Shown in pieces: positions 24,408-35,480 of a stretch of DNA of 64,000 nucleotides (its first letter is position 1; every line of letters begins with the position of its first letter). Made by a program: the position numbers and the translations under genes. The notes under the pieces are model-generated. The model ran no database searches and was not told where the DNA came from. It saw only the letters and a program-made list of their open reading frames with translations. The stretch is from NCBI RefSeq assembly GCF_036321535.1, contig NC_087438.1:6946001-7010000 (forward strand). The letters are read 5' to 3'. The stretch comes from Camelus dromedarius. Taxonomy: Eukaryota.

Positions 24408-24467
24408 ATTCATTCATTCATTCAACAATATTTATTCATTATCAACCCAATGACAACACTCTAGACT
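24408..24467 (-). mobile_element. L2 3' tail fragment
   Basis: (ATTC)n followed by AACAATATTTATT, the antisense L2 terminus. Confidence 0.6.
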
Positions 24468-24499
24468 CACAGATGCAAGCAATGCCTGCCTGGAAGGAG

Positions 24500-24898
24500 A
24501 CTGACCAGATGCTCACCATGCCCTATCCTGGCTCCGCTGGGCACAACCAGACTACATTTCCCAGCCTGCCTTGCAGCTATGTGGCCACATGACTGAGCAC
24601 TAGCCAATGGGATGTGGGCAGGAGTGGTGTTGGGTGTTCCCAGCCCAGGTCCATTGAAAACCTTCCATATGAAAGTCTCCATCTCCCTCCTTCCCCTGTC
24701 TGCCAGCTGGAGGCAAAGGATCCAGCAGAACAGTCCCAGCAGAGGAAGGAGAAGACAAAAAATGGGGAATGGAATGCTTGTGCATCACACCTTCACATGG
24801 AATCGCCATTTGAAGAAAGAAAATAGGTAATCTTCTACCACGTGAAATCACTGAGGTGCAGAAGCTATTCATTACAGAAGTGAGACTACCCTGATACA
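24500..24898 (+). mobile_element. MLT1I/J-type MaLR LTR
   Basis: GACTACATTTCCCAGCCTGCCTTGCAGCTATGTGGCCACATGACTGAG..GCCAATGGGATGTGGGCAGGAGTG; ends ACCCTGATACA. Confidence 0.8.
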
Positions 24899-25305
24899 CT
24901 GCCTTGGTGGCATTTATAACGGCAGTTAGAAATGGGTAGATTAAACAAAGATGGATACAATTACAAATTAATTACAACTTGTGAGTGTTCTACAAAAACA
25001 ACCAAAGTGCAACCGTCAAGAATAACTGAGACGGAGGGGCTGTTTTGAAATGTTTGGACCTGGCTAATAATGAGCCAGTTATAGTAAGGATGGCAGGGTG
25101 GGGCGAGTGAATGCTTACACAGCATCCCCTCTATGGCAGGCCCTGGGATAAGCACTGCAGACACCTAAACTCATTTGCATTCTCAACACTCCCCTACAAG
25201 GGGTCATATTCTGATCCGTTAAAGCCCGTGCTATACCAGTTGTTAAGTCTTTTCAATATTGCCCCTGGGTAAGGGGATGACTGGTGGGGAGTATTTCAAA
25301 TAGAG

Positions 25306-25522
25306 CAGTGGCTCTCAACCAGGAGTGATTTTGCACCAAGAGATATTTGACAATGTCTGGAGAGCTTTTCAGTTGTCACAGCTTATCGAGAGTAGATGCT
25401 ACTGACATCTACTTGGTAGAGGCCAGAGACACTGCCAAACATTCTATAATGCGCATGACAGCCCTCACAACAAGGAATTATCCAGCCCCAAAGGTCAATA
25501 GCGCTGAGGTTGAGAAATCCTC
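25306..25522 (+). mobile_element. MER20 (hAT-Charlie) DNA transposon, near full length
   Basis: CAGTGGCTCTCAACC...TTTGACAATGTCTGGAGA...GTAGAGGCCAGAGA...AAGGAATTATCCAGCCCCAAAGGTCAATAGCGCTGAGGTTGAGAAATCCT. Confidence 0.92.
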
Positions 25523-25609
25523 AGAAGGAGAAAAAAGTCTGGGCAATGCCACTAACGCAGGAGAGGCCCAGCGCAACTGGCGTTGAGGGAATATTAGACA
25601 GAGTAGAAC

Positions 25610-26950
25610 AAGTCAGCAAGGTAGGTGGGACACACAGAGCACCCTGAAAGCGATGTTGAGGCCTGGGTCTTTATTTTAAAAGTACAGGGGGAATAAAATG
25701 GGTCACTGATGACTGAGATAGAAAACAGAATAGAAACGGGGTCAAGAATTGTAATGCTGCCACTGTGGACCAGGTGGCATGTCACGAAGGCTGGAACATG
25801 GAGTGATGGTGGAGGTAGAGAGAAGCAAATCGGTTGGAACTGCACCTCGGAGCCAGGAGTGGCGGGATTTATGGATGGCTGGCGTGGGGTGGGGGATGAG
25901 GAAGTGGGAGGAGGGGGGAATTATACTCACAGCTCTGGCCTTGGTGGGGGGTCATGTACTGACTGTGGAAAGAGGGGAGGAAAATGGCAGGATGACATGG
26001 ACATGGCGATTCTGAGATGCCTGGGAGCCAACAGATGGATTCATCAAGTGGGTGGCTGGATGCGGGAGTTTCAGGCTTGAGATTTCCATGTGGGAGTCAT
26101 GAGAACAAATCATTTATCTCAGGAGCAGACAGAGAAGGGGGACAAAAAGTGAGCCCCAGGGCCCTCAAATATTTAGCAGTTAGAGAGAAGAGGTGGAATA
26201 AGCAATGGAAAAGAGAAAGAAGAGGCCGGATGGAAAGAAAGCCTAGAGGGTGATGTTCTAGCGGAGAGAATCTGTCCAGAAGCAGGGACATCATCTGTGC
26301 CAATGACAGCAAGAAGCTGGATAAAATGGAAGACGGGGGCCATTGGTCACCCTGAAGAGAGTAGCTCAGAACAAAGGTGGGCCAAGACCAGATTAGATGG
26401 TTCTGAGAATGCAAACAAATGGAGAAAGGAGGTATAGATCAACCTGAGAATTGAGATTTTTTGCTGTGGAACGGAGCAGAAGGACAGGGTGCTCCCTGGA
26501 GCAGGAGGAGGTGAAGGAAGAGTTAAGAGGATTAGAAAAAATGCAAAAAACACTGTTTGGATGCTATGAAAAATGGTCCAGCAGAGAGGCTGGTGATGCT
26601 GGAGGAAGGAACCTGAAGGGGTTAAGTCCTTGAGAAGACAGTAGGGTTGTGGGCTCCAAAGAGCAAAGGACTGGCCTGGGGAGAGAGTAAGGGGATGGAC
26701 TCCTGGTGCAGGTCGGTTTCTAGATGTGATGGTGCTACATTAAGGTGTTTCCATCCAATTCCTTCTATTTTCACAGCACACTAACACCTAGCTGATGACC
26801 TGCTTGGGGACAGGATAGGTAGGAAGACAGGGGGTGGAAGATTTAAGGTGAAAAATGAGGCATGAAATTGTTATCCCCAGAATGGAGAGCAAACAGTCCA
26901 GGAAAAAAAATGGATTTGGTGGATGGTGCTGAGAACTCACTGGAAGTTTG
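25610..26950 (-). mobile_element. L2 LINE fragment, highly decayed
   Basis: Purine-rich antisense L2-like tract (GGGAGTCATGAG, CATTGGTCACCCTGAAGAGAG, CCAGATTAGATGG, TTTTGCTGTGGAACGGAGCAGA). Boundaries approximate. Confidence 0.6.
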
Positions 26951-27356
26951 AGACTGTGATTTAGAAGTAAATTGAATCAGCCCAGTTCTCCAAAATTCTC
27001 CAACAACACCTGACAGCTCAGATGCAGACCTAGACAAAGCAAGGGCTGGGTATTTCCGAGACTGGAGTGGGACCGCTGGGGTGGGCTCTCCTGGGTGCAC
27101 CCAGATCTCCCTTCAGGAAGAGATGCTCCCCCTGCCGCAGACCAGAGCACTGCCCACTGACAGCCCACAGAGGAGCACCCCCATGGCGCCTGCCCCGGCT
27201 GAAGGGGCTGCCCCCTCTGCAGTCAGCACTGGTCAGCGCAGGGGACAAAGGCCTTCTTACCTCGATGAAGCAATGCATAGGGTCAGACTGTATCCATCAG
27301 TGCAAAGACAGTCGCGTTTTCTCAGAGGAGACGGGAAAGGAGGCAATTTGGCCATG

Positions 27357-27688
27357 TTTTTAATAGACTATTTTTTAGAGCAGTTTTAGACTCCCAGCAA
27401 AATTGAACAGAAAATATAGAGAGTTCCCATTTACCCCCTGAACACCCTCAACAAACACACACACACACACACACAAAGCCCCCTCATTATCAACATTCCC
27501 CACCAGAGGGACACATTTGTTACAATCAATGAATCTCCATTGACATACCATCACCCCAAGTCTATAGTTGACATTTGGGTTCACTTTGACAGCACACAAT
27601 CTGTGATTTTTGACAAGTGTAAAAGGACATGTATCCATCATTATAATATCATGCATAGCAGTTTCACTGCCGTAAAAATCCTCTGTGT
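27357..27688 (-). mobile_element. L1MC1-type LINE-1 3' end with internal (CA)n
   Basis: TTAATAGACTATTTTTTAGAGCAGTTTTAG...ACATTTGTTACAATCAATGAA...CAGTTTCACTGCCGTAAAAATCCTCTGTG. Confidence 0.9.
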
Positions 27689-27704
27689 CATCACCATTTT
27701 GACT

Positions 27705-28147
27705 GAGTTACCATTTCATTTTCTAGGCTGCCATAACAAATTACCACAAACTTAGTGACTTAAAACAATAGAAATTTATTTCCTCTAGTTCTTGAGGCCA
27801 AAAGTCCAAAATCAAGATGTTGGTAGGGCTATTCTCCCTGGGGAAGAATCTATTTCTGCTTCTTCAAGTGTCTGGTGATTGCCGGCATTCCTTGGTGTTC
27901 CTTGGCTTGTAGTGATACTTCTGCCTGAATCTTCACACATCTTCTTCTTTGTGTCCCTTAGAAGGATGCTTGCTTTGGATTTAGGACACACCGAGATGCT
28001 CAGATGAATCATCTCAAGATCCTTAACAAAGTGTTCCAATGGGTTGCATCTGCAAAGACCTTTTTTCCATATAAGGTCACATTCACCCAATTCCAAGGAC
28101 TAGGACACAGATATAACTCTTTAGAGGCCACCATTCAACCCACTACA
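27705..28147 (-). mobile_element. MLT1C-type MaLR solo LTR
   Basis: GGCTGCCATAACAAATTACCACAAACTTAGTGACTTAAAACAA...CATCTGCAAAGACC...GGCCACCATTCAACCCACTACA. Confidence 0.88.
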
Positions 28148-28821
28148 GTTACTTAGAGGTGACTTCCTCTGAGGGGCAGAGATGGATAGAAATGTCTCTG
28201 GCCTTCTCCACCAAGGGGAGAAAAGGATAATGGACTCCCATGGATGAGACTGGAGGCCGTGCTGGGCACCATTAACAGGCTGGAGCTGGTGGAGAGGGCA
28301 CAGGTGGCTCAAAGTGTCTAATTCTGACACCTTTAATACTCGAGAATTAAGATCAGCTCCCTCCTAGACATCCTTGCATGCCGTTCTCAGTGACTCGTAC
28401 TAAACCCAGTTGTCCAAAAGTAAGTGAACAACAACCAAACCCTGGGTAGATGCAGCTGTTTCAGTAATTATGTACCCAACAACATACCTGCACCAGAGCT
28501 GAGACAACAAAAGAGAAGGAAGGGATTTCCGGCTTTCACTGTCATATGTAAACAGCCAGCAGTACGGACCCCCGCTGTGCAGCAAAATGTCCAAATATTT
28601 TTAAACAGCATATGTCAATATCTACTCCCAATCTGGGGACAGGCACACTCACGTATAATTTCCTCAAATAAAATGCTGGATTAATTTTCTCTTGAAAATT
28701 CTTCTTAAAAGGTTATTGCTTCTTAAAGTATGGATTTACAATTGACCCCACAACCCACCTACCCAGTTTTCAATCAGTACCACTGGGGATAGATTGTTTA
28801 GACATTCTACGCACATTATCT

Positions 28822-29468
28822 TGAGACAGGAAGGAAGGGGGCAGGGCACAGCCATTCAAGGAATGACGCAGCAATTAACATCAAAATGGTGGACGATTCA
28901 ACTCCCAGTAGGCTTTGAGACTCAAGATGGCAGGAGATTTGACTTCTAGTAGACCTTGAGCCTCATTATACGCCCATTATAATATATTAGCATGGTGAAT
29001 AACATGCCCACAGGCGCCATGGCAGCTCCAAGACTAACCATAAAAGGTCAGAGTGGGCAATGGCCAACTTCCTGGGAATCCCAGCCCCTTCCCCAGGGTG
29101 GTTAAAATGGTCCTCCCACTTGTTAGCATGTGAAGCTACTAAGGCCATAAAAACACAACATGGCACCTGGTGTCCGCATCTCACTCCCTCATCTTCAGAG
29201 ATGGCCTGCAGTCTGTGGAGTGTGTACCTACTTCTACTTTAACCTGAGCATCCAACCCCCACAGCTCGTGGCCTTTCTCCTGCCTTCTGAAACAGCCTAC
29301 ACTCCAGGCAGTATGTATCTCTCTAAATAAATCTACTTTTACTGAACTGTGGCTTGCTCTTGAATTCTTTCCTGCACGAAGCCAGGGACCCACACCTGGC
29401 GGAGCACATCCCAGGGACTCAACGGAGAGCTGAGACACGGGCTTCCTTACACCCCATATCCTGCATCA
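28822..29468 (+). mobile_element. ERV1-class solo LTR (MER4-group-like)
   Basis: TGAGA...ATCA termini, YY1-like AAAATGGTGG and CAAGATGGCAG in U3, AATAAA at 29326-29331, and a U5-like GCTCTTGAATTCTTTCCTGCACGAAGCCAGGGACCC. Confidence 0.85.
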
Positions 29469-30236
29469 GTTTCTGAGCAACACAATAAACAGGGCTGGAT
29501 TTCTGGGTCAGCCCTTAAAGTCATTATCTTAGAGTCTAATTAGAAGTTGTTTAAGATATAGAAACTATGCAATGAAAAAAAATAGTAAAGAATACAGTTC
29601 TGGCCGTGTTACAGCAAACAGCAATGATGAAAAGGAATGTGTTGTTAGGTCTCCTGAACTGTGGTCAAAGAAAGCCTGACTCGAGGAGGGTGAAGGGTGA
29701 GGCGGGGGTAGAAATTATGCAGGGCAGTTCGGGGACCCCCAAGACCCCAGCCATTGGTGATGCCTGTTCATTTCATCTCCAGTGTCATCTTGAGAAAGGC
29801 TTGGGTCACCCTGACACATGGTAACAATCAGCCCTGCCCCTTACCCCTTCTCAGCAGAGGAGTCTAATGAGTTTACGTGTCTTACTGGGTTTTTGTTTTT
29901 GTTTTTGCTTTTTGCCTGGCTCACCAAGAGAACTAAGAAAGAGAGTGTAAAGGAAATATTTTTGAGGATACTGAACAAAATTATAGAAAAAGATGTGGGA
30001 GGAGGTGTGAGGTAGGCAGGTGTGTGGATCTGAGAGATGCTGGGAATGGTGGAGATTGTCAAGCCCCTGGGCAATGGGAAGAGGACAGCAGGAGCGAGAC
30101 ATGCAGAAGATGCTCTGTAGGTTCCCAAGCCCCACACCTGCATTTCAAGTCCCCACACCCCAGCCTCCCACCCCTGCTGCTCGGATAGGTGCCTGCACTT
30201 GACAGCCACTGAGGAGGAGGAAGTAAGCAAGTGGCT

Positions 30237-30290
30237 CTGGTATATCCTGATACATACTGGTACATACTGGTATATCCTGGTACATCCTGG
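30237..30290. repeat. 10-bp-period tandem repeat, 5 copies, consensus TAYATMCTGG
   Basis: TATATCCTGA TACATACTGG TACATACTGG TATATCCTGG TACATCCTGG at 30241-30290. Confidence 0.95.
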
Positions 30291-31632
30291 GAGTGTGTAC
30301 CTCTGGAATTGCTGGGAAGGACCACGTGACGGGGGAGGTGGCTGCTGGGAGGCTGATTCCACGTGCTGCTGCCTGAGGAGGATGCAAGGGCTCTGCCCTC
30401 TGGGCTGCACACCTTCCCTCTGCGGGACGGAGATGCTCATGAGCATCCTGGGTCATTGAGAAGGGAGGCTTGGCCCAGGACAAAGCAGCTGGGGCCAAAC
30501 AGATCTCAGGGCTCACACTGACCTGGCCCCTCAGCACCCTCAGGTGACTTCAAAGGATGATCAGTAAAAGGGCAAGGGTCACGGCTCCTCACAGTGCCTG
30601 CTTGTGGGACCCACTGGATGCTGGCAAGAGAGTCTGCACTGCTGGTTCAGCAAATACCGGAGCCCAGTGATCAGGGCAGAACGGACTGGACTGGGCTGAC
30701 TCCCGTCTGTCCTTCTCATGACCCCCTGACCTGGACCTTGCTCCCTGGACCACAGACCTAACTTTCTGCCCCCACCCTCTCAGTTCTCCAGCCTGCACCT
30801 TCACAAAGCACTGAATCTTTAACCAGTAGGGTGGACAAGGTAGTCTGGCTCTTTCTTCATTTCCCCCAACCCATTTTTTATAGTATAAACATTATAAATC
30901 AACACACAGGGGCTCATTTAGCTTTTGAGAGCCAAAGACAAGTCCATGAATCTCAAACACCTTTTTCTTTTTCAAAAGGCTCGATTCCTGAAATCAATAG
31001 CCTTGAATCTCAAGATTACTATCTTTTCATAAATTCTAAAACCCAGCTAAGAAACCCCAGGAATAAGATGTGATTTCTCCACTATCTGCACAGTTCACTG
31101 TTCACGACTTTCTCGAGAGAAGAATGTGGAAGTCCCCAGTCCATGGAAACCTGAGATTGAGGAAAAGTAGGTGTGAAAAACACCAAAAATTGTATGTGTA
31201 TTACACTGGTTAATAAATCAAGATGTTTTCCCATAATAACAGCTGCATAACTGCTGCAAAAAAAAAAATGTCTTACATGCTTGTAGAATAGTTGGTCCCT
31301 GTTGTGGGTTATCTGCGTATTTGGCTGGGACAAGGGAGAGCCCTGCCTTTGAATAGTAGATGCCTGGATTCTGATTAATTTATGGATTTCTGAATTATTC
31401 AAAGGTTCTATCCTGAACATGAATTGTGACCATTGTTTGAAGTAAATAATAAATAGACTTTTTAAAAAGAATGAACAATAAAAGTAAAATGAAATTGTTA
31501 AGATAAAGCCTTTGCATGTGTGGGGTGTTTTTGAATCACACCTCTGTCACCGGTGAGGAAACTGAGGCTAAGGGACTTGCCTGCAAGTGTAGAGGGTCAG
31601 GGACATCCTGTGGTCTCCAGGGGTCAGGGCAT

Positions 31633-31646
31633 ACAGCAGAGGGCAC
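31633..31646 (+). promoter_or_regulatory. Weaker candidate CTCF motif
   Basis: ACAGCAGAGGGCAC, one mismatch to CCASYAGRKGGCRS. Confidence 0.3.
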
Positions 31647-31955
31647 CTAGCACTTCTAGATCTTTCTGGCTTTTTCCAGACAGAATTGATTCCTGAGGAC
31701 TTTCATCAGCCTAGGGCTTTTTCATCCCTGTCTCCATGCTCCCGTGAATGAGAGGTTTCCAGAATCAGACACTCTGAGAATCCCACTGATTATCAGAGGC
31801 TCAGAGTGTCATCCTACATCCAACTGTGAACAGAAGACGTCAGAAAACCTGCCCACCTCCTTCACCCTCCAGAGGAGACGGGGCCACTTCCAGCCTTGGT
31901 CACGTCTGGGGGCTGCATTCACTCTGATCCCCACCCCAGTCTGAGAACTGCCTGG

Positions 31956-32348
31956 TGTGCTAGTTAAATAGTGGCCCCCAAGATGTCCTCATACCCATCC
32001 CCAGATCGTGTGAATGTGTTACCTTATATGTCAAAGGAGCACCTCAGATGTGACAAAGGAGCACCTCAGATGTGACAAAGGATCTTGAGATGGGACAACT
32101 ATCCTGGATTACCTAGGCGCGCCCACGTTTGTAAGCAGACTGGAATACAATGACACAGCCAAGGAATGAGCAACCTTAGAAGCTGGAGAGCCAAGGAATA
32201 CATTCTCACCTTGAAATCCTCCCTTACGGGGATTTTAGCCCCGTAAGACACCTTGCAGATTTCTGGAAACTCCAGAACTGTGCCAGAATAAAGGTGTGTT
32301 GTTTTAAATTCATGATAATTTGCTGCAACAGCCAAAGAGAAAAAACAC
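31956..32348 (+). mobile_element. MLT1D/E-type MaLR solo LTR
   Basis: AATAGTGGCCCCCAAGATGTCC...TGTGAATGTGTTACCTTATATG...GATCTTGAGATGGG...ATCCTGGATTACCTAGG...CTCCAGAACTGT. Confidence 0.85.
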
Positions 32349-32687
32349 CCCTGGTTTAGAGCCAGAGAGAGCCCCTCCCCTTCCATGCCCCAGTTCTCTG
32401 GTCTAATGGCCATCACAAGGCTGCTCGCGGCCCTGGTCATTCAAGCTGCATGGTGAGCACACATGCCTGCAGGGACAAGATCAACCAAAGGGTCCAAGCA
32501 AGAAGCACAGACCCTGTCTGCCTTTGATTTCTCTTGCTTCTGGGGCAGGAATTTCAATGCTGAAATCCTATCACCACTATAAAGCAGTCAAGTGCAAGTT
32601 GTGTCGGTGACCAGAATTAGCAATACGTGGCTACTGCCTTCTCCATCAGAGGCAGCAAACTGGAATGAAAAAGCTAGCAGCAAGAAA

Positions 32688-32860
32688 AAGGCACTAGGAA
32701 ATGGATGTCACATGCTTGGGTTCCAGCCCTGGCTGTCTAATGACCCATCCGGTGTCGTGCAGGGCATCCTTTAAATACTTTGCATTTCCAGCTTTTCATC
32801 TCTAAGATCAGGATTAATTATGCCTTCTCTCCAGAGATGCTGTGAAATCCATTCAATTAA
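32688..32860 (+). mobile_element. MIR SINE fragment
   Basis: TGGGTTCCAGCCCTGGCT...CAGCTTTTCATCTCTAAGAT...GATGCTGTGAAAT. Confidence 0.55.
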
Positions 32861-34562
32861 GGCTGTACTAATTTTCTCACTGTTGGTAACTAGTCTGTGA
32901 CTTGAATACAGCCTGAGAGATGGAGGCTGTAAACACCTTTGAACCAGGTGAGAGAGCGGTACCATTGTTAGACACTTCCTGGACCCTGCATCTCTCACAC
33001 ATAGCTGGGGGACGGAGCGGAAGAGAGGAAAGCGAGGCTGTTCTAGAAAAGAGAGGACCTGCCATCACTGGCTAGGCAACTTACCTCCCCAAAATACTCT
33101 GTGGCAAAGTTTTCAAAATGTTGATGTGAAAGACAATTTCTACAAAGTGAAATGTTGGTAGAAGTCCAACCTGTAAAACTGCTAAGTGTGGCATTATTTG
33201 GATTGACACAGGGAACAGATCTCAGCACCCAGCCAGGTCCCCTGCGGCCGCCCCAGATCCGCCGGAAAAACGTTGTGTGGCTCTGGGGAGCTCAGCCCGA
33301 GACCACTGCTCCGCTCTGTCCTCGTGGCTGTTAGAGCCAGTGGTCCCACTGGGTCTAGAATGTTTTTAATGAAAACAGGGGCCTTTCACATGAAAAAAAC
33401 AGAAGCCCAGAATTATTGTCTCATCAGGCAAATGTCAGACTAGTAGCAGAGTGTGAATTATGGAGCAGAAGGGAGCTCCAACAATCCTATAAATCGGCCC
33501 CTTGTTTCCCATCACCCCAGTCACCTGACTTTCAGCCCTGTGCTATTTATATTAAGCCACATGGCCCCTCACACCTTCTCACACTGTTTCATGTTTTCCT
33601 CTCTCTGCGGCCCTGATTTGCCCCTTTAGAGGTTAACCCCTTCCAGCCTCCTCTGCTCTTCTGTCATAGTGAGCTTCATACAGTCACATGTGCCTAAAAC
33701 ACTCTTAGTCTTCGATGTGCCAGCCCATCAATTCTCCATAATTGCAAGGCAGTAGAAAATAAATGTTGATTTATCCCAAATGCAATCCCATTCGTTAACC
33801 AAGGAAGGCCAAAGAAATCTAACTATAACACAGTTTCTAAAAACGCCGGGGTTGCAAACACAAATCGTTTAATGTGTGCAGATTTTAAGGATGGTGTTTT
33901 GAATGATTTCTGCGGTCTGTCCTGACATCTCATCAGGAGTCCTATTGTTTCTACCCTGGTGGCCCTGGTACCACTTAGCCCTTTGCTCGTTGCATGTCCC
34001 GGGCCTACCCTCCAGTACCACTCGGTTCTACCCACGTGACACAGTACCCCTCTGACAGCAGGTGGACACTAAGTTGCAGAAAGGGATGTGAAAGGTAGAA
34101 TAGGCCCCAACTGAGATCGTTTGCCCGATGCGGTCAGAGGAATGGCACCCAGCACCTGTTAACATGTTCATTCCCTGGAGCTCACCCACCCCTCCTGACC
34201 TGACCAGCCCCCTCGCTGGCTCGCTGCCTCTTTTCCTGCTGCCTCTGCGCCCCTGTGCAGCTCAGGTGCAGTCAGCTGCCGCCGCCTAAGCTAAAACCCA
34301 AGGAATTTCAGCAGGGTCCTAAGGACAGTTGATTCCCCTCTGGGATCTTGCTATCTGGGGGCACAGGGCTTCTCTGCTCTCAGACCACAAAACCATCAGA
34401 AGTTTCTGCCTTCAGTGGCACTTGTGGGAAGGCAGGGCCCTGGGGCTCCCTTTTCAGGGGTCCACCAACATCTGTGCCCAATTGCTTCCCCAAGGCAGTT
34501 GTCCTGGTCTGAAAAAGGATGGGCACTCTGCTGGGGTCAGTGCCCAGAGCCTCCTCCCTCAT

Positions 34563-35234
34563 TGTCCTGACACCAATTCTCTGATATCCACTGGGTGTCC
34601 TGCGATTCCATTCAGTTCGGACACTAACTCCTCAGAGTTGGAGCGGAGCCCACAGGTTAAGGACAAAGTCCTCCACAAGACCATCCCAACTTCATATCCC
34701 AGCCACAAATCTTGAAGGCCACCTCCACTCCTGCCCAATGGCTTTAAGTTCAGAAGTCCCTCGTGACCCCCTTGGTTTTAATAATTCACTAGAACAAGTC
34801 ATACACTCACGAGACCGCTGCACTTACTATCAGAATTTTATTACAAAGGACATAACTCAGGAAGAGCCAGATGTCAGAGACGCACAAGGCCAGGTCTGGA
34901 AGGGTCCCACACGCAGAGCTCCCACGCCCTGTCTCTGTGGAGTCCAGACACATCACCTTCCTGGCGTATCAAAGTGGTGCTCAGATAGGATGCTTTTGCA
35001 ACTTTGGGTGTCTAGACTTTTATAGGGGTCTTAGTATGTCATTGGCCATGTGACTAGCCCCTCTCTCATATCTAAGGGCCCATATCTTGAGTTACCTCAT
35101 TAGCATAAATTCAGGTGTGTTTGAAAGGGTTCATTAATAAAGGACACTCCCATCACTCAGAGAACGCACAGGGTCTTGAAGGTGTGGGCTAGAAGCTGGG
35201 AACAAGGACCAGATACGTTCTTTATCATACCACA
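34563..35234 (-). mobile_element. MER21-family LTR
   Basis: CTGGGTGTCCTGCGATTCCATTCAGTTCGGACACTAAC...CACAGGTTAAGG...ATAATTCACTAGAAC...ACCTCATTAGCATAAATTCAGGTGTG...ATACCACA. Confidence 0.88.
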
Positions 35235-35480
35235 CTCAGGCTTCACAGCCCACAAGCCAGAGAGAGACCCACCGGCCTTTCTCCAAGCTCAGCTCTTAAC
35301 ACCCACTTCCTTAGGGGATGACTGTACCAGACGGGAGGATGCGTAATGGAAGAGATGGAACGTGCTGGCTAACATTTGCTCCCATTATGCTGCCATAAAC
35401 TACACATATATTCTTGGTTCCTGATCTTTCAAGCACATATGAGCACTCCCCCAGGCACAGTGACCACGCATCTCAGGTTC

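Noticed and set aside
27357..27688. Idea that this minus-strand L1MC1 3' end is the inverted missing tail of the L1 at 414-3843
   Set aside because: The two pieces overlap in consensus coordinates and differ in the overlap, so independent insertions are the simpler explanation.
28818..29472. TSD around this ERV1 LTR (also checked for the LTR at 52504-53114)
   Set aside because: The flanks do not match (ATCT vs GTTT; GGCC vs TCTC), so no TSD is claimed.
29841..30537. Cluster of 94-201 aa ORFs
   Set aside because: GC-rich sequence depleted of stops, spanning the 10-bp repeat and low-complexity tracts; no protein similarity I recognise.
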